A stretch of DNA of 64,000 nucleotides from a virus (taxonomy: Duplodnaviria > Caudoviricetes), in IMG/VR virus record IMGVR_UViG_3300028048_000040, positions 96,001 through 160,000 of that record; one strand, given 5' to 3'. The position numbers and the translations under genes are program-made. Below the pieces are notes generated by a model. That model saw nothing but the letters and a program-made list of their open reading frames with translations, was not told where the DNA came from and did not search any database. How positions within the stretch are numbered: position 1 is the first letter of the stretch; every line of letters begins with the position of its first letter. Shown here piece after piece: positions 52,201 through 58,044 of the stretch.

Positions 52201-53772
52201 GATATAGGATCTCAAGGTGGATCTGGATATGGTAATTATGTTGTCGTAAAAGACAAGAAAGGTATGTATCATATTTATGCTCACTTAAGTCAAAATAATC
52301 TAGCTAAGAAAGGCGATTCAGTAAAAGCTGGTCAAATTATAGCAAAATCTGGTCATAGTGGACATTGTGATCCACCTGGAGATCAAGGATCACATCTACA
52401 TTATGGAATCTATAATAATCCTAATTGTGCTGCTGGTGATGGATGTATTAATCCAAATTCTTATAAAATAGATGGATTAAGTTCTTCAGGTCAAGGAAAA
52501 TATGGTAGAGGTAGATTAATCAAAATCAACCCAGTCAAAACTAAAGGTTCTGATGAAGGTGGAGTTGATACAAAGAAATATGTTCCTAAAAGTGGCAGAG
52601 GCAAATTCAAATCTACTGGATTAGAAGATCTAGATATTACTAGAGCTGCTACATATCCAGATTTCCCAAAAGAAATAAAAAGTCCAGATAATACTTTTGG
52701 TATTACTGACAATATGATTACTCAATCTAAATATGGAAGAGGTAAGTATGGTAGAGGATTTAGCTTAGATAGTATTTCTTCTGCAATATCTTCCTTTGGT
52801 AATATATTTGGTCAAGTATCTAAAATAGGAAATTCTATATCTGGTTTATTCCATCATCCTAAAGGAATCTTTGGAAATAAACAAGATCAAAAATCTAAGA
52901 GTAAGACTACTACTTCAACTACAACAACTAAAGCTCAAGCCCAGCAAGCTATATTAAGTGCTGATGATCCTGAAGTCAAGAAAATAGAAGAAGATTATAA
53001 GAAAGAAATGGAATCCTTTAATGGTATTCCTACAGCTCAACAACAGATGATGGCTCAAATGGGTCTACATCCAGCTGTTAAAAGAGAAAGAGCTCTTAAA
53101 GCTCTGATTGAGAAAAAGAAATCTAATTCTATTACTAAAGCTCAAGATGATTCTAAATTTAAATTAGGACAAGAAGGTTCCCATGGAGCAGGTCCTAATG
53201 GAAAGAAATATACTAATAATGATATAGCATATATACTCAAGAATTCTGATAAATTTGGTGGAGCTAAAACTATAGAAGATGCTATCAAGATTCTAGAAAA
53301 AGATAAAAAATATACAGAAAAAACAGAAACTACCAAAAAAGAAGATAAGACCACTCCAGATTCAGGCACTACCGCCAACTCTGGAGAGGGTGTAGAAGAG
53401 AAAAACGAAAATATTAAGAGTGGTGTTACTACTCCCACACAAAAGACTTCTCAAGAGGCTTCTAAGCCTGTTTCTGCTCAAGATAAGCTTGATATGCTAA
53501 TTGCTGCTCAAAATAAGACTAATGAATTATTATCTGCTATACTTAATATGGCAGCTAAAGCAATGGATGTCAAAGAAACTGATGTCAAAGCAGCTGAAAA
53601 GACTGCTAAAGCAAATAATAAGAAGATGAATGAAACTGCTGCTATGACTAAGTTGAATTATTTCTATAATAACTCAATGAAGAATAGCGGAGTTGATACA
53701 AGCTTCTTCAATCCTGATTCAGGAGATTTTATTGATATAACTAAACGTATGCAAAATATAGCTTCAATGTAA
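40297..53772 (+). CDS. Giant tape-measure-like virion protein with C39 peptidase-like, tail lysozyme, NlpC/P60, amidase and M23 domains
   Basis: Start MASNS after SD AAAGGAGG, ACA-N6-TA at 40239-40249; helical body with Gly-zipper hydrophobic segments; 'SQLD..ACGP..HYV', 'GNFAAES..GLAQWT..YERP', 'CDCSG..HV', 'IIIHHTA..GYHF..HK..TACPG', 'HHGIDY..YAHL..HLHY'. Confidence 0.88.
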   Translation: MASNSIVDYLKNVGQSVKFAAIESVTEKTPNLQKVFGENNKKYVQELYKDVNQHRQELNMIDRIRNATVFKQISVGWDNLKDSIKTGKFKDDSRSTGFDEMEMMFAMMGDDFLGGDSDLIEAEMNGEETGSTNDHRIRGIPEITKGDALVATASATATKNAASTISKAIVRSAELTDITARKSTNLQLRALQQQANILSSGFQQLSSSLHTINQFNNQVVITHAQNSRMFFEQATALAQERNAILREMLEMQRETFGATMKSNLSSDANDLTKMSKIFDKEKGFDLRAYMSLMQKRMKETPIGMMMMSIKMLPMMIGEVVQNPLHYIAKMGIDSIIDNSLKKAIYNIDQSISGMISTGLAKLANYGKDKATKNTLLGQIASFFGVRNENTRLSAVDTSKYNKEAIQWNGIAQKALVEVIPGHLRRIEAALTGEGERVFDLQSGKWSTMKKVANIEKDIDRKVFKETFSKEKNQLLNMMQFKNRGEMRDWIKALDSFFKGVRNRGMVDYNHIREKSSEYGDNENIVKAIAYMIHSGGLDSSQIFNLTNKINEGNAKKAAMIRDLSPANQSLVTEAVNNSYNAKWAAGTGSIYGANGKQQVDKNGRWLSMPFNDLTKLTDTRGYTLYDYQYNILQTLLNMQRSGGLGGGRPAGPVGPVGPSNGGIPIQNPQNIIAGGLVRTGNTFTNAVPSEAKDPNSAQRQHAANLVQKAQEKSISRRALYHPDKSGLDEEQKLDFSVERIKNASKEELEEMIAHMYFAGQTGKEYRANTKVASSGGIFGDLKSAARGLGVSSIDSFMADMQEATSIADKFNVVGEALRSMTSAPQKILTSVLTEADRFMYEFMFGNPVGTEKDENGKPIEGFFGKVTHEFGKTMDNLNNKFNEWFKDTFKKGAGGIAGFFKGVLEDYFNIDVDEKVEQAKRHVKKYTNKVKKGALSAGADLFGIAKEAVLGTAQDMGIYEPDEEEEQKKEQQTPPTAYRGIRKYDSKYGIGVVGPGEKIISPGRGKVLDNTTGYKVYALQYGDSVIPSYLNTSNAGRGRVTPQSLASQEYNEKSLAKSIARGNVPILGTFSGANASWKDIGGWIGELKRKEQERFEHGDGTPKLEDAKSKRGFFHNFVNWMTGYNEPEFTEDQIKMQEFIKDIVNSATKAAIEANGGAFEDEESKGRSITQAGFEMAGKLRRGNVDLNTNEFQEALKEVLAMSENIKDPDFRDTLQFILNTAGYKGEFDTVDDSKKVRRSRRNNLFVGVNQFMDNAFGIDSKKAIDTADKTIRKNLPELAKGGTFGALLSTVLPLGGPLMGALVGAGASVLTNSKSFQSYMFGTEITDKDGNVIDRKNDGIVSRKTVKAIQRYLPDAKKYGITGALAGLVLPFGPLGGLMIGAGASFLKNNSRFQEFMFGEEGGLINKDRKERIKRALPNIGVATLGTLFLGPFGIVGNAMLGAGLGILSTTESFKRIMLGSKDRNGIRRGGLADIIRRQITDPFKKSMQDIQTRLAAWFKDDLFNPVARTIKPLGRNITGEISRLLRWGAGQIFGKKDEKEKSIFGKYGLKSVDRMLGLVRNAGGLGKFITGGIGNVIGAGAHALENQVGKRLERRAFRKGYYEDGTLADERMARGAELGLDANNADQYALGGLDQLMAKLEQGPNAQKNLTSLAAALSAIQSRTEGTDDNLNRQIAAERDNIISNSEKLYSDYLKKNPTEKNPHDLYRKVESMRDKMLKMAKAENFNPEIAQGEFAKELAKSDLPREIKDQMMELFLDSGGSIAKFQSAKDNLSKRNYAEAEIAKLLGYNVDEQQYDKLDESVKKQIEAIKKHPEAISAVNNDIRTLKERASSDESAAAKLKDQVTDPGDLSIINNMEKQVDQNDVIIATLEHIANILQTNDPKKREELQAQFKDTLDKYRGTGNSDKINNAIANAKIASQRAKNQKDKDDAKVEQGKDLNKEIYDDSYFDPDKAINNPEIKAKFEKDHGKLLENWHDQYQKGLLSTEDYYRRRNELLKGTWDEYHGNTTMGAIKHDIKLVGGKVAKAANSITEKREKALDYIDEKTTDFLNEAPDKIKENIVEPTAEAFGMVSKPIIAGFQMLGKAVIGLARKISGEYETIADKANPMSNIEKDQTDKNIPPTATYGLPFFGTFAGGTAAAGAAKSGGGSLIGSVLKGALGGAKDYFTGGSSDKKEEPSNNVKEVQQSTPSAGEVKSTAGLVASFDHSKANGGAPDINAKDNVSYTSDADGNLVAIVKGPDGTPMKLKNKDNAEIEKKHQQEFEFKERSANALEAIAARLGAKVKGVGKAIADAGGGLLGGLLDSIGGLINTLFLGLPVGTWLISKLKSLPGKLFKLLGKLVPNSIKKFGADLMAKVAKLPGKLGEMVGKGFASVKSLVGKKLGQIAPSLTKNLVKLLSKSRVGALLLGGGAVATGALKMFGVIDDDDKTPSLPPGSKVIEKENGSKVVVDENGKELDIPAEEVESEEDSGMSAGSLAKTAVAGYVGREAAKKVGLKSAGGRAAGATLANIIANGGEVDAGTIADFGMSYGAEKLIDKFSGNKVPTTGLEAEGPKNRPAGQYRNAIEAKKAEIAQRKATEKSIARHQRKLAQQAAKSGANVIENNATNPSIWDKAKNAASSLKDWASSKFSTGTESAKSIFKTGMNSEVANKLKDTTSLVKDTSKQGVEAAVGKIRSAMQTVVEAAGKWLPGKTVGEAVSNFCKKIMEKVTSSQGMQILQKKLSQQAATAAGGAALGIGAVAIGTMFCVTSFISGYNHAAEQFEVQESVVTNGMKVISGLVHAIHCAIGLIPIVGLAFALIVSPKQMLDYAIDLIGPAVGLSRQDLQKLQKSGQSVVENNVKAAQEYGKGNPEINDNHSGGGFFDTVKETAAGAWDKVKSVASSAWEGVKSGASWVGDKISSAGSWIKNKLTGQGKHSTYGRGGLFGTGFHSQLDPAIAGMGFNVSGDTEKQTVKDSACGPMAMANALESVGVSVDDKDIINKTKGGKEKNGGTPDYVLNRYANNQGIATKSVGTSEKDLANSLKSGKPLVLMGQNNMGETDKDPFAENPHYVTATGLDKDGNVIIKDPESYQPVKTYKLRDIAQKTTIATELSKDREPKFSEGASLKEIMAWKLRHAGRSKWGRERSNGNAELLWNHLKSKGLSNQTISGMLGNFAAESGWRSSAVQSPSGKPIDSDTMTIDGKTGYGLAQWTDKGRQQRLRSFLQSKGLQDSDYKGQLDFVLSGQDGDVSNLFKEMDGMTPEAAAEKFCAAYERPAKDNNGVWLGLATRKQRARELFQKEGKGVTSSSSFSGGSSSSSGAAEIAQEEQEPGILGAIAQVLNKIRSITDIFGTNSSSSSGTPGSISGGSVNYQDAAKKIVECALAYEKSKIQYGQVNPPSPPKDGGQCDCSGMAQNCYRAAGIEIPRTADIQCAFFKKHNATFTGDMKQLKAGDLVFTSDSSGEVDHVFVYIGDGKAVNLGGRNGKGSNGGDARLYNGWDQIKAGIEWHKGPATFGSLEKLCAATGQTQATGTGYSGYGPKRSSTNRIIIHHTAGAKGIDPSAAEIDKMHKGNGWSGIGYHFVIRKNGTIEKGRAEDEQGAHAEGANKDSIGIHVGGNFELESPTQQQIASLVKLLQQLCKKYNIPIDRKHILGHKEVGQTACPGANLYSQLDSIVAQAAGGKGKSRFCKDKPNVPDILKEKSNKFGKGKSKYGRSIFSDISNWWNTRDQRNARRYAGQDDSLAARYGHDSENEGYVAPTVSTTDQMADQRDEEFSGQEKIRTMSSEELAEAEEAGNVIKSIAQKKSTGEDATNEEIQKAAKEGNLETGDQTVQNITEQQQKASQTNLMDKFFGGVGARLDAIGAKLAPIKDMIRSKLGSVIGDKFGKFADLIGDPLKHFGGLFGSNNSSSSSADGSHGGGGGTFNGDATAIPATGSAAAALKKALNCEITSQFGPRSSGVHHGIDYGIGTGTPVPTVTDGVIDDIGSQGGSGYGNYVVVKDKKGMYHIYAHLSQNNLAKKGDSVKAGQIIAKSGHSGHCDPPGDQGSHLHYGIYNNPNCAAGDGCINPNSYKIDGLSSSGQGKYGRGRLIKINPVKTKGSDEGGVDTKKYVPKSGRGKFKSTGLEDLDITRAATYPDFPKEIKSPDNTFGITDNMITQSKYGRGKYGRGFSLDSISSAISSFGNIFGQVSKIGNSISGLFHHPKGIFGNKQDQKSKSKTTTSTTTTKAQAQQAILSADDPEVKKIEEDYKKEMESFNGIPTAQQQMMAQMGLHPAVKRERALKALIEKKKSNSITKAQDDSKFKLGQEGSHGAGPNGKKYTNNDIAYILKNSDKFGGAKTIEDAIKILEKDKKYTEKTETTKKEDKTTPDSGTTANSGEGVEEKNENIKSGVTTPTQKTSQEASKPVSAQDKLDMLIAAQNKTNELLSAILNMAAKAMDVKETDVKAAEKTAKANNKKMNETAAMTKLNYFYNNSMKNSGVDTSFFNPDSGDFIDITKRMQNIASM

Positions 53773-53864
53773 AAAAGAAAGAGTAAGGCTTTTATAGCCT
53801 TACTCTTTTAAAATAGGAGATGATTCACAACCTGGAATAGTTTGTCTGCACTCTCAAACTACCC
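53771..53864 (-). ncRNA. Candidate ~94-nt small RNA sharing a bidirectional terminator (53778-53808) with the giant ORF
   Basis: Early motif 53863-53878; hairpin GGGTAGTTTG...CAAACTATTC; linker containing CATCTCCT. Confidence 0.55.
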
Positions 53865-53899
53865 ATTATAATAATATATCTCTATTTTTTAGTTTACTC

Positions 53900-53981
53900 A
53901 AAAAAAGATAGGCAGTTATGGCTCTACCTATCTTTTCTCTAAAGGGATAATGGATAGTAGGTCTCTAGTCTCCTATCCATC
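53900..53981 (-). ncRNA. Candidate ~82-nt small RNA
   Basis: Early motif 53980-53995; hairpin ATGGATAG...CTATCCAT; terminator AAAAGATAGGTAG...CTGCCTATCTTTTTTT. Confidence 0.6.
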
Positions 53982-54064
53982 ATAATAATAATATATAACT
54001 ATAAAAAAGTTTGCTTCAGCACAAATGTATAATGAGAAGTTTAAAAGGAGGAATATATAATACT

Positions 54065-56182
54065 ATGATTAAATATAAGAAACCTACTCCTTATATTATA
54101 AAAGGTAGACCAGTAAAAGTTTATAGTGAACCATCTGCACTATCAGGAAATATTATTAATGCTTTACCTCCAGAAACTACTGTATATGCTGTAGGAGAAG
54201 AAAATGGATATATTCAGCTATATGAAGATGGTGGATTTGTACATAAAAACAATAATGTTATTATAGATAGACAAACCATAACTCAAAATAGAATAACTGA
54301 AAAGATACAAGCTCAAAGAAAAAAGAAAATAATGACTGCATCTCTTGCTATGGCAACTTCTGCTTTAGAAGGAAAAAGGATATACCTTAATAAAGGGGTT
54401 ACTGTAGATGAATATAACAATACAATACCTCCAGAAGAAAGAAATAGACCTTTAACATACGTTGGAACTTCATCAGTTGATGGAGGGATTATTTTACAAG
54501 ATGCAACATCAGGTCATAGATATAAAGTATCTAGCAGTAATTTCTCAGTTTTAGAAATTGATACTAAAGAAAATGTAGATCCAGAAAATCCAGATATCTC
54601 TATGGTTAATGGTAGTTTATATCTAAAACAAACTGGTGCTGCTGCTCAAGCTAAAGAAGAAGCTGCTAATAATGCTGTAGAACAAGCTCAAGCTTATTCT
54701 AGTGCAGATGATAGTACAGACAGTAAAGCTAAACCTTCTAAAACATTAGCTGAAACTATGCAAGGTATAGCTAATGGATGGTTTAGTGATAGTGCAACTG
54801 TAGTAAAATTAATAGGATATGATCATGATCAAGATGCATCTAAATTTAAAGTAAATAATACAAGATCTGTATTTGGATTCCCATATCAATTTGAACCTTG
54901 GGTAGATAATAGATTAGATGGTAGTATGGATTGGGAACCATTTGGAAGAAAGTTCTCACAAAAAATAGTATCTAGAGCTCCTATACTTATTATGCAAGCA
55001 GGTGATCCTAAATTCTTAGCAGGATTTTCTGATGAAGATAGAAAAGGAGCTATAGAAGGATTATTTGGTAAAAGTGATACCACTGCTGATAAAGTAGCTA
55101 ATGAAGCTGGTAAATATTATGCATTTAGTGATAGTTCAGTAGAGTATTATAGAGCAGTAAATGATATGTGTAAATCTGTAGCTGCTATGATAGGTGTAGG
55201 AAATAGATCTATAACTGTAAATGGTCATACTGGTGCTGCATCTAAATTTAATTGGAGTGATGCTGCATCCGGTAATGGTGGCTCACATAACTTCTTTGGT
55301 TATTACAGACAAGCAGTAGCATTTTATGTAAATGCTGAGCCTACTATGCAAGATGCTTTTACTAATGGATCTAGACAATCTCAATTAGCTAGTAAAGTAA
55401 ATCAGTTATCTGATCAAGCAGCAGAATTACAATTTATTTTAGGTGGTGCTGAAGGTTATGACCCCACTGGATTAGCAGAAAAAGCACATAGAGAAAGTAA
55501 AGAAGTAGCAGAAAATGCTGGTAATAAAGAAAATTCTGGTTCTACTGGCATATTAGGAACTCTTATAGATAGAATAGATACACTTATGGCTGGTGGTAAA
55601 TTAATTTTTCCAGAGATTTGGTCTGATTCTCAATATACAAAGAACTATAACGTTACTATTAAACTAGACTCTCCAGATTGTGATCCGTTATCTATTTATC
55701 TAAATATATTTGTTCCTCTTATCCATATAATAGCATTTTGTATGCCTAGATGGTCTGCTCCAAATGCATATGTTTCTCCATTTATAGTAAGAGCATATCT
55801 AAGATCTATGTTCCATGTAGATATGGGAATAATTACATCTTGTGATATTACCAGAGGTACACAACAAGGTTGGACTCAAGATGGATTACCAACAGAAGTA
55901 ACAGTAAACCTTACTATAAAAGATCTGTATAATGTATTATCTATGATATCTGGTAAGAATACTAATGATGTTATCTCTAATCCAGCTCAATTAGATTACC
56001 TAGGAAATCTTTGTGGAATTAACGTAGCAGTTCCAGATTTCTCTAGAACCCTTACTCTTTGGGCAGCATGTAGAAATCCATCTACTGCTTTATCTGATGC
56101 TATATTAAGAGTACAATCTAGAGCAGCTGGTACAGTAAATAATGCTTGGCAAAATCTATTTAATAAATATTGGAGAATGTAA
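54065..56182 (+). CDS. Virion structural protein (N-terminal SH3b-like domain; tail/baseplate-associated)
   Basis: 'VKVYSEPS..GNIINAL...VGEENGYIQL..GGFV' SH3b-like; C-terminal 'DGLPTEVTVNLTIKDL' like tube/baseplate proteins; ACA-N6-TA at 54021-54031. Confidence 0.6.
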   Translation: MIKYKKPTPYIIKGRPVKVYSEPSALSGNIINALPPETTVYAVGEENGYIQLYEDGGFVHKNNNVIIDRQTITQNRITEKIQAQRKKKIMTASLAMATSALEGKRIYLNKGVTVDEYNNTIPPEERNRPLTYVGTSSVDGGIILQDATSGHRYKVSSSNFSVLEIDTKENVDPENPDISMVNGSLYLKQTGAAAQAKEEAANNAVEQAQAYSSADDSTDSKAKPSKTLAETMQGIANGWFSDSATVVKLIGYDHDQDASKFKVNNTRSVFGFPYQFEPWVDNRLDGSMDWEPFGRKFSQKIVSRAPILIMQAGDPKFLAGFSDEDRKGAIEGLFGKSDTTADKVANEAGKYYAFSDSSVEYYRAVNDMCKSVAAMIGVGNRSITVNGHTGAASKFNWSDAASGNGGSHNFFGYYRQAVAFYVNAEPTMQDAFTNGSRQSQLASKVNQLSDQAAELQFILGGAEGYDPTGLAEKAHRESKEVAENAGNKENSGSTGILGTLIDRIDTLMAGGKLIFPEIWSDSQYTKNYNVTIKLDSPDCDPLSIYLNIFVPLIHIIAFCMPRWSAPNAYVSPFIVRAYLRSMFHVDMGIITSCDITRGTQQGWTQDGLPTEVTVNLTIKDLYNVLSMISGKNTNDVISNPAQLDYLGNLCGINVAVPDFSRTLTLWAACRNPSTALSDAILRVQSRAAGTVNNAWQNLFNKYWRM

Positions 56183-56208
56183 TACCAAGGGAGAATTCTC
56201 CCTTGGTA
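56183..56208 (+). terminator. Perfect palindrome terminator
   Basis: TACCAAGGGAGAA/TTCTCCCTTGGTA plus T-tract. Confidence 0.75.
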
Positions 56209-56238
56209 AACTTTTTTTCAGTTATATATTATTATTAT

Positions 56239-56323
56239 GAGAGTATGATGAGAGCCAAACATTATACTCTTAAAAACTTCCTAAGAAGATAGATAGTTAA
56301 TGTGCTGACTATCTATCTTTTTT
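56239..56323 (+). ncRNA. Candidate ~85-nt small RNA
   Basis: Early motif 56225-56240; hairpin GAGAGTATGATG...CATTATACTCTT; terminator AAGATAGATAGTTA...TGACTATCTATCTTTTTT. Confidence 0.6.
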
Positions 56324-56388
56324 ATAAAGTAAAATAAAAAATAGATATATACTATTCCTATGAGTATGAGTTGAAGGAGGAATAAGTT

Positions 56389-56586
56389 ATGCCGGTATTT
56401 TTAGCATTCTTAGCAGGGAGTATATTTACAGTAGCAGTATCAAGATCTACTAGAAATAATCTAAAAACTGCTAATGAAGACTTGAATGATGTTCTAGACA
56501 ATCGTAGAGAATTGATTGAAAAAGTGAATAAGATTCTAGAACAAAAAGAAAAGAATGGAGAGATAATAATAAAACGTAATTCTTAA
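56389..56586 (+). CDS. Small early protein, N-terminal TM plus coiled coil
   Basis: Early motif 56348-56363, SD AAGGAGG, 34-bp palindrome 56593-56626 after stop. Confidence 0.75.
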   Translation: MPVFLAFLAGSIFTVAVSRSTRNNLKTANEDLNDVLDNRRELIEKVNKILEQKEKNGEIIIKRNS

Positions 56587-56662
56587 TCAAACAAAAATAA
56601 TACCTGGAATTCCAGGTATTATTTTTTAACTTATTTTTTACTATTAGATAATCAAGAAAGAG

Positions 56663-57391
56663 GTGATACTTATCAAATCTAGAAAACAAAAGAAAACTCT
56701 CTATGACTCTAAATACTCTCATATTCCTAGAGATTATAATGAGAGATTATCATGGATGTATGACACACTTCATATTACACCAGATAAAGAAAATTATATT
56801 TTACAAGCAAGAGATCAATATATTCAAAACATGGCATTTAGTCCAGAAATATTAGTAGTATTATATGAAGAACCAGAAGGTTCTCCTAGACCAAGAGCTA
56901 GATTTGTCAATAAAGGAAATCTATCTGCTAGTGCTAAAGCAAATCCAGGATTCATACAAGTATATTCTATTACTGGTGCTGCAGATAGAAAGTTTATGAA
57001 ACAATTTATATCAGATAATGATTTTCTACAATTAGATCAATTGATATATACTCCATGTAATATAGAATTCGATGCATTCTTTAAAACACCAAATTCATTT
57101 AATAACACAGATACATTTTTAGCAGAACTTGGATGTATACGACCGATATCAAAACCAGATTTTGATAATATTGAAAAGAAATATGCTGATATGTATAATG
57201 GAAATGTTTGGATAGATGATGCTCTAGTAGTAGATGCAGTAGTTAGGAAATACTATTCTATTCTTCCTAGAGTTGAGATTCATCTTAGATTTCTAAACAT
57301 GCTTTATAACAAATACCAATATAAATCTATATCTAATAGAGTAGAGAGCACTAACGTAAATTATTTCAATACTATATATAAAAAGGAATGA
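56663..57391 (+). CDS. rusA: RusA-family Holliday junction resolvase
   Basis: 'PEGSPRPR', 'KPDFDNIEKKYADMYNGNVWIDDALV', 'KYYSILPRVEI'. Confidence 0.85.
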   Translation: MILIKSRKQKKTLYDSKYSHIPRDYNERLSWMYDTLHITPDKENYILQARDQYIQNMAFSPEILVVLYEEPEGSPRPRARFVNKGNLSASAKANPGFIQVYSITGAADRKFMKQFISDNDFLQLDQLIYTPCNIEFDAFFKTPNSFNNTDTFLAELGCIRPISKPDFDNIEKKYADMYNGNVWIDDALVVDAVVRKYYSILPRVEIHLRFLNMLYNKYQYKSISNRVESTNVNYFNTIYKKE

Positions 57392-57765
57392 TTTACATGT
57401 TAAAAATTTATCCATCTGGTTTAGATCTAAATATGAAGAACAATATCCTAACAGCTCAGTATATGAAACAAAAACTAACACGAATGGGATATCTAACAAC
57501 ACAATCTATTTATAATACTATAAAGGAGTTCTTTCCTCAGTTTAATGAGAATGCTATAGGATATATGAATACAGAAATAACAATATCATTATCAGGAGAA
57601 ACTATATATCAGATAAGGAGTATCTTAGTAGAGTTATTTAATAGATTGAGTAGTAAACTAAGTGGATTAGTTAGTTTAGATGAACAGAATATATTGATCA
57701 GTAGACCTGAATTATTTTATACTATTCAAACAGTAGCTCCAAACATATATATAATCAGAATATAA
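57388..57765 (+). CDS. Hypothetical protein
   Basis: 125 aa, overlaps rusA stop. Confidence 0.7.
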   Translation: MIYMLKIYPSGLDLNMKNNILTAQYMKQKLTRMGYLTTQSIYNTIKEFFPQFNENAIGYMNTEITISLSGETIYQIRSILVELFNRLSSKLSGLVSLDEQNILISRPELFYTIQTVAPNIYIIRI

Positions 57766-57882
57766 GATAAGGAATGGCGAGACTTATCTTAGTTTTGTTT
57801 TGACATAATGAATCCTCCTAAAATACTCCTTTCATGATGTTTGTTCGTTGTTTCTCCTTTTTCATAAAACTTCCCTAATACA

Positions 57883-57908
57883 CTCCCTAGGTAGAAATAC
57901 CTAGGGAG
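57883..57908 (+). terminator. GAAA-loop hairpin closing a long 3' UTR
   Basis: CTCCCTAGGTA-GAAA-TACCTAGGGAG. Confidence 0.7.
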
Positions 57909-58044
57909 ATGAATATTGCATTTTGGGAAAATTACTGTGATGAAAAGTGTTTAATTGCATCAAAAATAGGTATAAGTTCATTATTTCAAGCATATATTAT
58001 ATCAGTGATAAAAGCCATATAATTAAAGGAAGGAGGTAAAAATT

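Noticed and set aside
57794-57865. Minus-strand micro-ORFs (e.g. MSKQN) behind SD sequences
   Set aside because: Only 5-15 codons with no clear minus-strand transcription unit; treated instead as plus-strand anti-SD elements.
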